This document shows positions 27,204 through 38,895 of a DNA stretch of 64,000 bases, piece by piece. The notes beneath the pieces are model-generated. The model was not told the origin of the DNA, ran no database searches, and saw only the letters and a list, made by a program, of their open reading frames with translations. This DNA is from Felis catus (taxonomy: Eukaryota), in the NCBI RefSeq assembly GCF_018350175.1, contig NC_058368.1, forward strand, positions 135,782,001 through 135,846,000, read 5' to 3'. Within the stretch, counting starts at the first letter, position 1; each line of letters starts with the position of its first letter. A program made the position numbers and the translations under genes.

Positions 27204-29098
27204 TTAGACTTCAGCCACCTATATACCCTTCTTAAAGTGCTTAACAACTGAAATGAAAAACTTCCTAATTAGCAATCCTCTGTGAATTACTATACACTAT
27301 GACCTAATCAAAGTTACTCAAAGCCTGCTGGATAGCAGAATCTTGCCAAGTATATCTGATCTATCAGGAGTAAGGCTTGGGTGATTCTGATACCAATGCA
27401 CAGACTGCCTGCCACCATAACAGATACTCCAATAATAACACTACTGATCTCAAATTACCATCATTTATTTGCTTTCATTTTTAAAAAATGAAGAAATTAT
27501 TCATGGAAAAAATTTAACCAGTATGAGGGACAAATCTCATTTCCACTACTGGCTCCACTACCTCTTCCTTAGAGGTAACCACTGAAAAGCAGTTTCTTTT
27601 ATCTTTCTCAAGAAATCCTAACGCATATGTATTTTTTTTTTTTAATTTTTAACATTTATTTATTTTTGAGACAGAGAGACAGAGCATGAACGGGGAGGGT
27701 CAGAGAGAGGGAGACACAGAATCTGAAACAGGCTCCAGGCTCTGAGCTGTCAGCACAGAGCCCGATGCAGGGCTGGAACTTACGGACCGCGAGATCATGA
27801 CCTGAGCTGAAGTCGGCCGCTTAACCGACTGAGCCACCCAGGCGCCCCTCGCATATGTGTTTGTGTATACACACGTGTATTTATATATATGGCAACCCAT
27901 ATGTATATACACATATGTGCATATGTATATATATATTACATACGTGTTACACGCATTTTTATATAATAAACACACCATACGTTCATTGACTTTCAGATAA
28001 ATAGCAGTACTAGGCATTGTTCTTCGCTTTTCCTTTTTTTTACATCATCTTATTTCAAAATAATCAAATGTGTAATTTTCAGCACAGAACAGGTTAGAGC
28101 CAGTGAAGTTATAAAACTTGGTCATTATAATAATTAAAGATAAAAGACAAATCATGCCTCCCTTTACAGGACAAGAACTTTTACAAGTCCACTGTAATAC
28201 ACCAAGTTTGAACCCTGGACTATCCTGTGTTTGTTTGTTTTTTCCTGGACTACTGTGTTGTCCATAAAATGTTCACCTTTAGGTTTTTGACAGTACGGCT
28301 GGATACTAAAATACCAGGACCCTGGCTGACCCCAACAGTTCAGAAGTTGTAGTGTCGTCCCCTAAGGAATCATAATAGGTAAACAGATTACTATCTGTAG
28401 CTTTCAAAAACTGACAAGACGTGGGCGCTGTCAACAAGATTATGTTTTGTTAAATAATAAACTTCAACTGCTTTGTTGCCAGGAAGAGCGTCTCAATTTT
28501 TGTGTTCCAACACCATCTACATCCATTTGACTTTTGCATGAATGCCCCATGATGCTATAACTACAATTTAATAAACATTTAAACAGCTAACAATAGTCTC
28601 TAAAATCATAATGCGAAAGTTCAGTAGGCCTCCCGTATAACAAGCGCCCTGCATACCGGTACAAAGACCGAGAAGGGACGAATCTATCATCCCAGGAACT
28701 TTAGTGCATCTAAACAAGAGAAACGATCAGGGATGCTCAGGAGGTGCCTTTTCTTTTTGAAAGGAAAAAAACAAACAAACAAAAAAACAAAAAAAAACCA
28801 GAAAAGAGCTTCTGACGCTAACTCAACGTACACAGCAAGTTAACCAAACTACGTCACAAATATCCGAACCCTTTTACCCAAAAGTGATTATCAGACACCA
28901 AGGAAAATGAAACATGGCCAAGAAAGGCCTAAGGACGAGGCATCCAGCATTAAATACAAAATGACTGCCTTACATTATCTCGCTTAAAACTCTAAACACA
29001 ACCCTACCAAAGAAAAAAATCAACAGCCATTTTACAAACAAAAACCAGATTCCCAAAGATTCGGCAGAATCAGATTTCTTGCCAGAAAAGGGACCAGG

Positions 29099-29103
<5 letters not shown>

Positions 29104-29135
<32 letters not shown>
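29104..29135. repeat. (CT)n microsatellite at the edge of the promoter island
   Basis: Perfect TC/CT dinucleotide run, about 16 units. Confidence 0.95.
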
Positions 29136-29138
<3 letters not shown>

Positions 29139-29139
29139 A

Positions 29140-30110
29140 CCTCACCGAGTGACCTCAGGCCAAAAGAATAACGTTCCCCGCCCCCACCCCGCCTCCCGCA
29201 ACGGTCGGAGGACCAGGTCTAGAGGCCGGGACCACAGCCACGCCGCGCCGCCCTCCACTAGCCTCGAAACACCGAACGGCACGGCCCCCTTTCTGGCGCC
29301 CGACGCCCCACAGCACTCAGGTCCGTAGCCTGCCCGCAGCCCAGCGCCTCCCCGCCGCGAGCCTGACCGGTGAGCAGGATGTTCGGAAGCAACATGGTCC
29401 TCACCGCGCTGTCTCTGGGCGCCTTGGCTCACGCACTCTACGCACGACAGGGAGGAGCTGAAAGGGGCGAGCTGCGGCTAGCGCCAGCGGCCTCGGGGTT
29501 CTCAAGGCCCTCCGCGGCGCTCGCGGCCCATCTCTACCGCCTAGTCACTGAACACTGGTTACCTGGCCTTCTATAGCACGTTTTCAGTGCAGTGTCCCAG
29601 GCTGGGGCACAGGTCAGGTCCGCGTTCCGGGTCAGGCAATGCGGTAGATGCCTAAGTCACAGGCGCCGTTGGCGGCCGCCCTTCTGCCTGTGTCGCGGAA
29701 GCGCCGACGGCTCTAAAAGGTCCCCGGGAGGCGGGACCTCTGAGAGGCTCGCCGCTGAACCCGGGTAGGGCCAGGTGGTTGCCCTTCCGCTGGTGGAGAG
29801 CTTGGGCTCCTCCGCTCCTCTCCGCCCACGAGGGGGATGCAGCTCCCGGAAAGTAAGGCCGCCGCGGCTGCGGCTGTAGTATATATATGTTCTAGAGACT
29901 CGAACCCATCTCTGCCTTAACGCCTCCCCGAGCTCTCTTCGCTCCTCCTCCCGACCTGCCCATCCCATTTGGAGATGAGAGGGTGGGGGTGCAGAACTCT
30001 GGCCTGGGGTCGGGGCACGCGAACGCATCTCGGCTGATTAGTAGCTTTGACGTTTGACGAATGTCTGGTCTTAGTATCTCCCCGCAGTGTGTGTGGCGCG
30101 GGGTGGGAGG
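29140..30110. promoter_or_regulatory. Bidirectional CpG-island promoter of AK6/TAF9 (-) and RAD17 (+)
   Basis: CpG-dense and SINE-free, between divergent genes. Several ETS cores (CGGAAG near 29384 and 29696, CTTCCG near 29784), GC boxes, and first-exon-type donors on both strands. Confidence 0.9.
29368..29395 (-). CDS. AK6: AK6 coding exon 1
   Basis: ACC ATG TTG CTT CCG AAC ATC CTG CTC ACC G|GTCAGG = MLLPNILLT(G); phase 1 matches exon 2. Confidence 0.95.
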
Positions 30111-31173
30111 GTGAGTAGGCCAGAAATATTCTTGAAGGTCTTTTCTACCTCTGACGTCTCATTTCAGGAAACTGGCATCCATCATCTGGGACAGTTACTT
30201 TTCTTTTTTAAAGGAGGTAATTGTCAGTCTTGTTTCCAAAGAGCGACCAGAGTCCTGACCGTAAAAACAGTCTGCATCTTTTATTTCGACCTGCCAGCTA
30301 TATTTATCCAACAGGTGTTTTTTTCCACCTATGTATCTCTGAAACTCCAAAGCAAAAACCCCTCTAATCATGAACAATTTGTGTGTGTTGGGGGGGGGGG
30401 GGGAGGTGTACAGTTTGTTTTATCGTGTATGGAAGCTTTTACACATATAAACTGTGTACATCCAAACCATAAAGCCCAATACAGTTTCCAGTTTATAAGC
30501 TTGCAGACCTTAAACTTTGCTTCTAGCTAATTTAAAATTGGTGAATTCACTAGTTTATATAAACATTAAAGAATTATTAAAGTCAGAAAATACAGTGTTA
30601 CCTGCAAATTTCCTAGTATGTTCAATTAAGGAAAACAGTTACAGTTATTATACAGTTAGATTTAAACTCTTTTTCCAAAATAAGTGGAAGTATGAATTTG
30701 TTATATGGTCAGTTTGGTTTTTTTTTTTTAATTTTGTGGGGAAAAAAAACCTGCAGTGGTAATTTAAAATGAAGGAAATTTTAATTTTCAGCATAAGAAC
30801 ACAAATAGAATTGTCTGATTTTTTTTTTTTACTGACAAAATGTGAAGTATGTGTTTTTTCTGTTTTCTCTAATATATTATTGAGTACATGTGAAAGACAA
30901 CGCTTAACACAAGTAGTTTATTTGACATTGTTGTAGTAATTGAAAGTACACTTTGTTGTAGCATTTTGACTTCGTTATATATATTTGCTATGTTGTCTTT
31001 CACTAGTTTTTGAACTTCTCTTATCCTGTTGATTACAATGGTATATGTCACCATACCTCTATTTTACAGTTTTTCCTATTTTGAAATTTTTTTCTTTTTT
31101 TTTTTCTCTAGGTGAAGTATACTTTAATGTACTACAGGTTGTATACTACGGATGGGAACTATTAAAGTTTATA

Positions 31174-31215
31174 ATGTCAAAAACTTTTCTTAGACCAAAG
31201 GTATCTTCCACAAAG
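31174..31215 (+). CDS. RAD17: Cell-cycle checkpoint clamp loader RAD17, coding exon 1 (exon begins 31112)
   Basis: MSKTFLRPKVSSTK then AAG|GTATGA; strong polypyrimidine acceptor ending at 31111. Confidence 0.93.
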
Positions 31216-33911
31216 GTATGACACACTAAAATGGCCATGTAATAATTGTCCAAAAAGAATGGTAAATTTTGTGTATGTTCTTAATGACTTATTATTGCCA
31301 TCAAAGTAACAATGCCCAGTATGTGATGTAATTAATGATCTAAAAATTGTGATAGTAAGTTGTGAAGTGACTAAAACCACAATTTTAAAAAAGTGATTGT
31401 AGTCTCAGTTGCAAAGAAAAGCCTGAAAACTCTTAAATGAAAGGTCAGTAGAAGAAAAAGAAATATATGAGTCTTAGTTGGTGTTAAGCGTAACAACAAG
31501 CCGTGCCTCTTAGAAACCTTAGTTCTCACTAAGGCTATTGGGCAGAGTAGGATGGGGGTCAGGTGGTATCATACTCATTTGCAGGGTACCTATTTTCTAG
31601 TGGTGGGTCTTATTTTTCTTTGATCTTAAATAAGTGACTAAACTTTGCTCTTTCTCAGTCTTTTTTTTTTTTTTCCAGTGGATGGGAGTCCACATTTATA
31701 TAAGAAATAAAACTGTAAAATGTATAAGTAACATGCAGATCAGAACTATGAGATCGGGGTGCCTGGATGGCTCAGTTATTTAAGGCTCTGATTTTGATTT
31801 CGGCTCAGGTCATAATTTCATGATTTGTGAGTTTGAGCCCTTGAGTGAGGTTCTCAGTGGCAGTGTAGAGCCTGCTTGGGATTCTCTTTCTGCCTCTCTC
31901 TCTGCCCTCCCTTCCTCCTGTGCTCTCGCACAGTCGTTCTTTCTCTCTCTGTCTCTCTCTGTCCCTCTCTCTCAAAAATAAATATACATATAAGAAAATA
32001 GAATTAGGGCGCCTGAGTGGCTCAGTCAGTTAAGCACCTGACTTCAGCTCACATCGTGATATCATGTGGTTTGTGAGTTTGAGCCTGCATTTGGGCTGTC
32101 TGCTGTGAGCGCAGAGCCCATTTTGGACCCTTTGTCTCCCTCTCTCTCTGCCTCTCCCCTGATCTCAAAAATACATAAACATTAAAAAAAAAAAAAAAAA
32201 AGAATTGCGAGATCAGATTTGCTATCAAAAGGTTTACTATAGCAAATGATATTTTTACATACTCTTAAAATACAAGAAAAGAGCCAAAATTGTAGTGCCA
32301 CTAACAGTCTTGAGGAAGAGGAAATGAATTAGGTGGCTATGACTGAATTTTTTTCCCACAGGTCTTCATTCCTTTACCCACTGGTGATAATATTCCTAAC
32401 TTTTTGTCCTTAACGTGGGAGTGAAGTGTGACTTTCATTCCTAAAATACTTCTAAATCTCAACTTGCATTTCCTTAGCATTGGCTAATATGTGGTACACA
32501 ACTATGGCTGATTATTCAATGAAAATGTACCCTAGGTTTCCCCTTGTTAGCCAGCCAGGGAATTTCAAAAGCCAGTACTAAGCTAGGTTTTTCTAGATTT
32601 ACGCTGTAGGAATGTTAAGAAAATTCATCTTAAAAATTTTAGTTACTAAAAAGAACTTTTTAATACTCCCAAATACTTTTAGGTTTTGTTTTTTGTTTAA
32701 CGTTTGCTTATGTTTGAGAGAGCGCAAGAGCATACAAGCCAGGGAAGGGTGGAGAGAGAGGGACACAGGATCTGAAGCAGGCTCTGCGTTGTCTGCATAG
32801 AGCCCTTCGTGGGGCTCGATCTCACGAGTGTGAGATGATGACCTGAGCCGAAATCAAGAGTTGGACGCTTAACCAACTGAGCCACCCAGACACCCCTAAA
32901 TATTTTTAGGTTTAAATTGCTTAATTCGTCATTTTTCTCTGTGTATCCTTACAAAGGATTCTAAAGAAAAGTTAATGATAAAGGGAACTGTAGAGAGACC
33001 AACAGTTTCTAGAGACCAGAAGCACATGAAATAGAACTCACTGATTTTCCTGTTCTATTATCCCAATTCTGTTTTCCTAGACAAATCTAAGAAACAGATC
33101 ATCCTCCTTGGAAAGCCTGCATCCCTTTATTGAAAATAGTATTTGCTTTACAGGCTAAAGAGAAATATAATCAAGTCATAATTAGAAATTATTCATAACG
33201 GGGTGCCTGTGTGGCTCATTCAGTTGAGCATACGCCTTCATTGCAGGTCCTGATCTCACGGCTCATGAGTTGGAGCCCCACATTGGGCTCTGTGCCGGCA
33301 ATGCTGCGTCTGCTTGGGGTTCTCTCTCTTACCTCTCTCTCTCTGAACCTCCCCAACTGGTGCTTTCTTTCTCTTTGACAATAAATAAACTTAAAAAAAG
33401 AACAAATTATTCATAGCATCAGGATTCTTAGACTGTACCTTCATAAAAGTTAAAGCTGATAAGGATTATTTGGATCAGTATGCAGTGGTTCTCAGTTTGT
33501 GACTGTATTAATCTGGTCAAGGCAGAAGTATCACTCTTCTTATGGTTAAAATATATATATTTTAACATTCTATTTCCTTATTTAGTTTTGCTTCTTTTTT
33601 GGTACTTAATTTTAATATTCTTGTTTTAGTCTACCAATAAGTTTAAGAATAATCAGTCTATTCTATACTGGGAATATTGTAATTAGTAAAAAGAATTATG
33701 TTTGTATTCTATATTCCTTTAGATGGCATTCATCATTATCCTGGTTAAGTGGACAAGTATGCATTTGTACCTAGCATGAAGTGAAAAAATAACTAATAGA
33801 TATAAAGCCAGATTTACTTAAAGAATTAAGGTGTGAGATTTTTGTTTGAGATAGCTTACTTACATAGGGAATAGAAGCAGAAAATATAATATTTACATTT
33901 CTTTTTTTCAG

Positions 33912-34166
33912 GTAACAGATTGGGTAGACCCATCGTTTGATGATTTTTCAGAGAATACAGGCATCTCTATTACTGCCCCATCATTACATGTGAATAACGC
34001 AAGTCACAGAAGAAAAAATGTGCCTTCCAGATTAGAAAGTAGCAGATTTCCAGCTAGAAAAAGAGAAAAGCCACGGTCTTCAGAACAGATTTATGGTCCA
34101 GAAAATTCAAAAGACTATTTATCGGAAAACGAACCATGGGTGGATAAATACAAACCAGAAACTCAG
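33912..34166 (+). CDS. RAD17: RAD17 coding exon 2
   Basis: 255 bp; VTDWVDPSFDDF...ENEPWVDKYKPETQ; AG/GT flanks. Confidence 0.97.
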
Positions 34167-34697
34167 GTACTAAGTGGGATACAAACAAGTGTACGTAATT
34201 TAATTTCAGGAAGGAGAGGAATGTGCATTTTCAGATGATTACTCATAAAAATCTGAATGAATGAATTAGAAAAAAACAATAGTTCCTAGGTTTTTTTTAA
34301 TGTTCCGTTGTTTAGCATTTCTCAAGTTCTTCCGAAGTTGAACCATTGCTTATTTGTCTTAGATTTAATTTAACCCAACATAGAATTGATCTGTTTATTT
34401 TTTTCTTAAGTATAACACCTCCCTCTGTTTATTCCCTTCCCAAAATGTATTTGAGGATTTAAAAAAAATTATAAAATTCCAGACCTGCTCCAAATTTTCA
34501 TAAAAAGGTATCAGCGTAAGAACGGAATTTTTCCATAACAATATAAAAAATTAAGTGTAATAACAAAGACTTTTAGTTACCTCGTGTTACTTGTTTGCTG
34601 TTTTTTTTCATTAAAAATGCTTAATTTAGATTAATGTGTACTAATGTACCAAAAATCCTTGGGTTAAAATTGTTTATTTTAAACTTGAAATTTTTAG

Positions 34698-34781
34698 CAT
34701 GAACTTGCTGTGCATAAAAAGAAAATTGAAGAAGTTGAAACCTGGTTAAAAGCTAAAGTCTTAGAAAGGCAACCAAAACAG
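34698..34781 (+). CDS. RAD17: RAD17 coding exon 3
   Basis: 84 bp; HELAVHKKKIEEVETWLKAKVLERQPKQ. Confidence 0.97.
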
Positions 34782-35439
34782 GTAATTTAATAAGAAATGT
34801 GTTTTAAAATATATTAACATCAAATGTTTCTCCGATTTATGGTTGGTTGCAAGAAGTTAAACTTTTAGGATGACATTGTTCATTAAGTCCAGATCACATA
34901 CAATAAGTCTTTGGTTTACTGCTTCAAGCTTTACTAAAAGACTCAGACTTTGAGTTTTCTCCTTTACTTATACCTTTCTCCCACTTATGTTCTCGTAAGT
35001 CATCATAAAGCATAATAAACCGGTTAGGGTGCTAGCATTTTTAGCATATCTGATCATCTCATGCTGAAGCAAGAGGCAAATTACTTACTAGTTTTTGTAC
35101 TAAATATAGCCTGAAACAGTCATTCATTTTAAAGCTAATTTTTTTGTTTCACTTCCTAATTCTGTAATTACTCTTGGCTTCCAAGCTAGAATATTCTTTC
35201 TCTCTCTCCTTTTTTTTTTTTTTTTTTTTTAATGTTTGTTTATTTCATGAGAGAGACAGAGTGTGAAGAGGGGAGGGGCAGAGAGAGAGGGAGACACAGA
35301 ATCCGAAGCAGACTCCAGGCTCTGAGTTGTCAGCACAGAGCCTGGTGTGGGGCTCGAACTCACAAACCGCGAGATCATGACCTGAGCCAACCGACTGAGC
35401 CACCCAGGTGCCTCTCTTTCTCTCTTTTTTTAAACTTAC

Positions 35440-36500
35440 TTTTTTTGAGATTTTTTTCAAATATAAAGGAAGGTAGAATAATAAATGACTACTCATACGC
35501 CCATAAAGTACCCATCATTTTCACTCTCAAGTATTTTAAAGTAAATTATAGATAAGTGACATTTCAGTCAGATTTTTAGAAACATCAGTATGCCTCTTTT
35601 TTTAAAATAAACATTTTCTTAATTAACTATATGTACCATTACTCTAACAAAATTAGTTATAATTCCCTAATGTTATCCAATGCTCATTTCACATGCACAT
35701 TTATCCGTTTGTCTCCAAAATGTCATTTACAGCTGATTTGTTACAACGAGGATCTAATTGGGGAACACCCATTGCATTGGATTGTTACACCTCTTAGGTC
35801 CTTTAAAATCTAGAACAGTACACTTCACTCTCTCATTTTCTCTAAGACATTGTGAAGAGACCAGGCCCGGTGATACACAGAACTCTCACATTCTAAATTT
35901 GTCAGATTGTTTCCTCTTCATGATGTCTAACTTGTTCTTCTATCCTGCATTTCCTGTAATCTGGAAGTTTGAATTAAGGGCTTGATTAGACTCAAGTTGA
36001 ACATTTTTGTAAGAATATTCTGTGTTGTATGGTGTATGTTTTATGTTGTACCATATGAGAAAATATGTTTGGTTTTCCTACTGTCTTTGATGTTAAGTTT
36101 GATCACTAAATTAAGGAAATGATAGTAAAAAAATATTCATTGTGAGAAAAGTTTCCCTTGCAACTGCCATATAATCTATGGGGAGAAAATTTGACAATGT
36201 TCTATGTCCAGTTCCCCAGCAGCCTTTCACCAAAATGCTTTAGCATCCATTTGCAGTCTTTGCTTGAATCAGTTTACTTTGTTAAGATTGCAAAATGGTG
36301 ATTTTTAAATTCTACTTTTCTGTAATTGTTAGCTGGCAGTTTTCTATACAGAAGTTTGCCAACGTTAATTGGGGCTATGTAACTACGTTTAAATACAAGT
36401 CCAATTGGAAACACAGGATAGATTTTAATGGATTGCCTTTAATTTTCAACTTTGAGATGAAAGGGTTTGTGTTTTAGTTGCCTCCAGTGGTAACAGGTCT
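35440..36500 (-). mobile_element. Old LINE-1 (L1MC/L1ME-like) 3' UTR fragment
   Basis: Degenerate motifs (AGTATTTTAAAGTAAATTATAGA, AATTCCCTAATGTTATCCAAT, GTTAAGTTTGATCACT). Boundaries approximate. Confidence 0.55.
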
Positions 36501-37532
36501 TTCTCTTTTGAATTGAGGTTTTTTCTGTCTGGTCTGTGGATCTAACCATTTGGTTTAGTGTTGAGATAATGTATTTAAGGTGGATTTGCAGTGTCAGCAT
36601 TGGTATTCCTCTGCTGGCTCAAAAAATCTCCCCTCTCTCTTTTGTGAGTACAGATTCTTGGGCAGTTTCCCTGACACACTTCTTACATCCAGGCATTTTC
36701 TTAGCTGGGCTAATATTTACATCTTTTTAGTGTTCACTATGTTGTCTCACTTACCAATACTTTGATAATGTAAACATTATCATGTGCTAAACCTACTTGT
36801 GTTACTGTTAATACTCTAATGAACTTAGGTATGTGTGTGCATATGTTGGTATTTTGGAAAATATTTCCTCTACAATTTTAAAAGCTTCTTCCCTCTAAGA
36901 AGTTAGAGTGTTACCAATCATACACTCTTTATTATACAAAAGTCCAATGATGTCAGTAATTACAAGACATTTTTATTCAAAAAAAAATTTGGTGACTTCT
37001 AGATTTTTCTGTGGGCAAGCTAAAATTATTTTTTCTTAAATTTATTATAAGTACTTCAAATATCTGCTGAATATAATTTTTCAGGGCAGCATCTTTCTTT
37101 CCTTCAAAATATGGTAAAACTATTACAATGTGATGAAAATGTACATAAGGGGATATAGTCAATAATTAATAACTTTGTATGGTGAAATGATAAGTAGACT
37201 TATAGTCATCATTTTATAGTGTATAAAAATATCAAATCATTATGTGTACACTTGAAACTAATAGGTTATGTCATTTATACTTCAATAAAAAAAAGAAAAA
37301 CTCTATTTTAGGTGATGGGAACATTAACACACAAGTCTTTATGCTTTAGTGTTCTACCTACCCCCACTTCTCTTACTAGAAGCAAAGCTTTTGCTATGTG
37401 GCTGTGCTCACTGTGTCAAAAAACAAGACACTTAACTTTATTACATAAGAAAAATACATGGGTGCCTATGGGTTCCTCTTCTTTTTTTAAAAGTAATCTG
37501 CTTGGTGGTAGTCAGTTCTCATTACTTACATT

Positions 37533-38015
37533 AGGCATGTCCTGTAAAGTTACTAGAAACAGCGAATACTGAACCATAGTTCCTGAGAGAAATAAGTAGT
37601 TAGGTTCCTGCAGAATCTTCCTCTGGCCATATTTACATCAAGTCATCAATATATAACCTTGTTTTATATTTGTTTTGGTTTAAAGACACCATAGTTAACA
37701 TACATATGTGTGTGTGTGTGTATATATATATATAATTTACATTTTTTTTTTTTAATGCTTATTCATTGTTGAGAGACAGAGAAAGATAGAGCTCCAGCAC
37801 GGGAGGGGCAGAGAGAGGGGGAGACAAAGAATCCAAAGCAGACTCCAGGCTCTGAGCTGTCAGCACAGAGCCTGACGCAGGGCTTGAACTCAAAAACCAC
37901 GAGATCATGACCTGAGCTGAAGTCAGATGCTTAACCGACTGAGCCACCTAGGTGCCCCATATTTTTCAATCATTAAAATCATGGTCGATAGATAGCACTA
38001 TAATTCATGCACTTA
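37533..38015. mobile_element. MER82-like TcMar-Tigger remnant interrupted by a SINE
   Basis: ACTGAACCATAG...TAGGTTCCTGC...CAATATATAACCTTGTTTTAT...TTTAAAGACACC. Confidence 0.6.
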
Positions 38016-38738
38016 TTTGTTTTAAAAAATGGGACTGGTTCTCTTCTGGGGCCAAGTACAAGAGTCGTTTTTATACTAGTTAGTAAAGGTAAACAGTTGA
38101 GTAAGGATTACAGTCCACCAGGGAATTAGGAAATCTTCCCCTGATATTTTTTTAGATTTAACTTTTTTATCAGATTGATAATATGAGGAGATATTACTGT
38201 GACCTACAACCTCTAGTCTGTCTTTAGAGTTCTAATTCTGGAAAAGATGTTTCTTAATACACATTTCTTAAAAAATTTGATATCCAAACAAAAATCTTCC
38301 CATAAGAATATTATACTTATTTAATACTAAAGTGTATAATTGAAAGAGAGGTTTGTATTAAGATTGGGTTTTTGAATTCAGGTAACCTCTAAAAATATTT
38401 GTTTCAGACATTACCTGCTCAATCTAATTGACATTTAGTTGTTTTAATTTAGTTGCTAAGTAGACCTTAGTAGGGACATAATGCAAGAATGGAAGAATTA
38501 TCAGAAGCTCTACTTAAATTTTAGGAAAAAGACTATCTTATTTTATAGTCATAAAATACTTATGATTTTATACAGTTGGTATAATCCAGATAGCATCATT
38601 GTAAAATTTAGTCACGTTATACCAGAAATTTAGTAAATATTTATAGAAGTAATTAATATTTAGAAAGAAAATTCAAACAAAATACTCTCGCATTCCAGGT
38701 GATTTTGATTTTTTATTAATGTTTGTATTTGGTTTTAG

Positions 38739-38895
38739 GGTGGATCTGTTTTATTAATAACAGGTCCTCCTGGATGTGGGAAAACAACAACTCTAAAAAT
38801 ACTATCAAAGGAGCATGGTATTCAAGTACAAGAGTGGATCAATCCAATTTTACCAGACTTCCAAAAAGATGATTTCAAGGAGATCTTTAATTCTG
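38739..38895 (+). CDS. RAD17: RAD17 coding exon 4 (Walker A)
   Basis: 157 bp; GGSVLLITGPPGCGKTTTLKILSKEHGIQVQEWINP...; P-loop GPPGCGKT at 38763-38786. Confidence 0.98.

Noticed and set aside
29142..30530. ORFs of 68-147 aa across the bidirectional promoter
   Set aside because: No recognisable domains and mostly non-ATG starts; only the 28-nt AK6 exon is supported as coding.
33905..33920. CAG|GTAACA as a recursive splice site
   Set aside because: The GT is the Val codon opening a conserved coding exon and the intron is short; nothing else supports recursive splicing.
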